DNA of 64,000 nucleotides from a virus: IMG/VR virus record IMGVR_UViG_3300045988_054550, positions 1 to 64,000 of that record; one strand, 5' to 3'. Shown piece by piece: positions 63,584 to 64,000 of this stretch (position 1 is its first letter; each line of letters starts with the position of its first letter). The notes under the pieces were generated by a model. It saw only the letters and a program-made list of their open reading frames with translations, ran no database searches and was not told where the DNA came from. The position numbers and the translations under genes were made by a program.

Positions 63584-63697
63584 CATATAGGAGGGGATTT
63601 CCACCCTTTTACTCTCATGCCGCCGGCTAAGGTCACCTAAGTTGTGGGTTTAAACCTATGCTACCACAATAGCGTCTACGTATTCCGCCACTATATG
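63584..63697 (-). ncRNA. oversized (114 nt) tRNA-like element
   Basis: 7-8-bp acceptor (C)CATATAG/CTATATG(G). D arm TGGCGGAATACGTAGACGC. Degenerate T loop GTGGAAATC. Internal 6-bp stem TTGTGG/CCACAA around the palindrome GGTTTAAACC. Confidence 0.4.
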
Positions 63698-63700
63698 GAA

Positions 63701-63772
63701 TCGGAAAGGCAGGAATCGAACCTGCGACACATAGCTTACAATGCCATTGCTCTACCACTGAGCTACATTCCA
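63701..63772 (-). tRNA. tRNA-Thr (anticodon UGU)
   Basis: Hand fold: D arm GCTC-AGTGGTA-GAGC; anticodon arm ATGGC-ATTGTAA-GCTAT; T arm GCAGG-TTCGATT-CCTGC. The acceptor has U1-G72 and a U6-U67 mismatch. Confidence 0.7.
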
Positions 63773-64000
63773 TACCGCCTGTAACGGACAGTTCTCTAAA
63801 AAGAAACTGGGTTGATTCCCACATCACATGCTTTCGGACCGGATGAAAATATCCAGATAAACATTAACCTTTCCATCGTAAAACACATGAACTAGATGGT
63901 TCTTTTAGAATTGCCGACTATCACTTCTCACGGACCGTGGTCTCATCTCTCTAAAAAGTTTTTTACGCAAACGCCTAGTGAGTTGTACGTTTACGCTCAT

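Noticed and set aside
63300-63800. A second att core (attR) matching the tRNA fragment at 3169-3193
   Set aside because: The only shared sequence is the generic T-loop (GGAATCGAACC). The acceptor and T-stem sequences differ in every tRNA-like element here, and both arm-repeat clusters remain together at 3095-3280.
1-64000. Global stop-codon reassignment (TGA or TAA as sense)
   Set aside because: ORFs of 1577, 1230, 686, 608 and 580 aa are intact under the standard code, and all three stop codons terminate well-formed genes. Only three isolated in-frame stops exist, and they are reported individually.

Overview
The window is almost entirely one ~60 kb temperate, siphovirus-type phage genome. 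The host is probably a low-GC Firmicute (Clostridia-like). That is an inference from AGGAGG-type RBSs and the XhlA, XkdX, LemA and LytTR content. All calls come from reading the ORF track and the DNA by eye and from recalled family motifs; no searches were run.

Nearly all genes are on the minus strand. Reading that strand from high to low coordinates:
- 63.3-64.0 kb: an ORF-free, structured leader with one tRNA-Thr(UGU), two oversized tRNA-like elements and a T-arm minihelix.
- Cys-rich miniproteins, a BRO-N/KilAC antirepressor, a disrupted RNA-ligase-like gene and a LemA pair.
- TerL, a DUF1492-like HTH protein, portal, a gp7/MuF-like protein, scaffold, capsid and connector.
- 43.9-51.3 kb: a 7.3 kb non-canonical island with an XhlA-like protein, an HTH protein, Q/G/C/Y-rich low-complexity proteins, an HExxH protein and two paralogous fibre cassettes.
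- Neck and tail genes, a 1577-aa tape measure protein, a 1230-aa LRR+Ig tail protein and a CHAP endolysin.
- A plus-strand moron block (orphan LytTR response regulator, secreted and membrane proteins) and an XRE repressor with a divergent-promoter switch.
- A ~21 kb early region: ORF6N, SSB-like, SbcC-like ATPase, RecT-like, MBL hydrolase, GIY-YIG nuclease, an RHH protein with an operator array, a C5 methyltransferase, many zinc-ribbon miniproteins, a replisome organizer and a DnaC-like loader.
- A tyrosine integrase and an attP-like site that retains both arms.

The leftmost 2.1 kb is visibly GC-richer. It holds three small plus-strand ORFs and a 0.9 kb ORF-free region with promoter-like twin repeats and an sRNA-like unit.

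Leads most worth a second look:
1. The tRNA-like/structured RNA cluster, together with the RNA-ligase-like gene.
2. The low-complexity gene island that interrupts the head-tail module.
3. Three in-frame stops and two frameshifts in otherwise conserved genes.
4. The intact-looking attP.
5. The orphan LytTR regulator.
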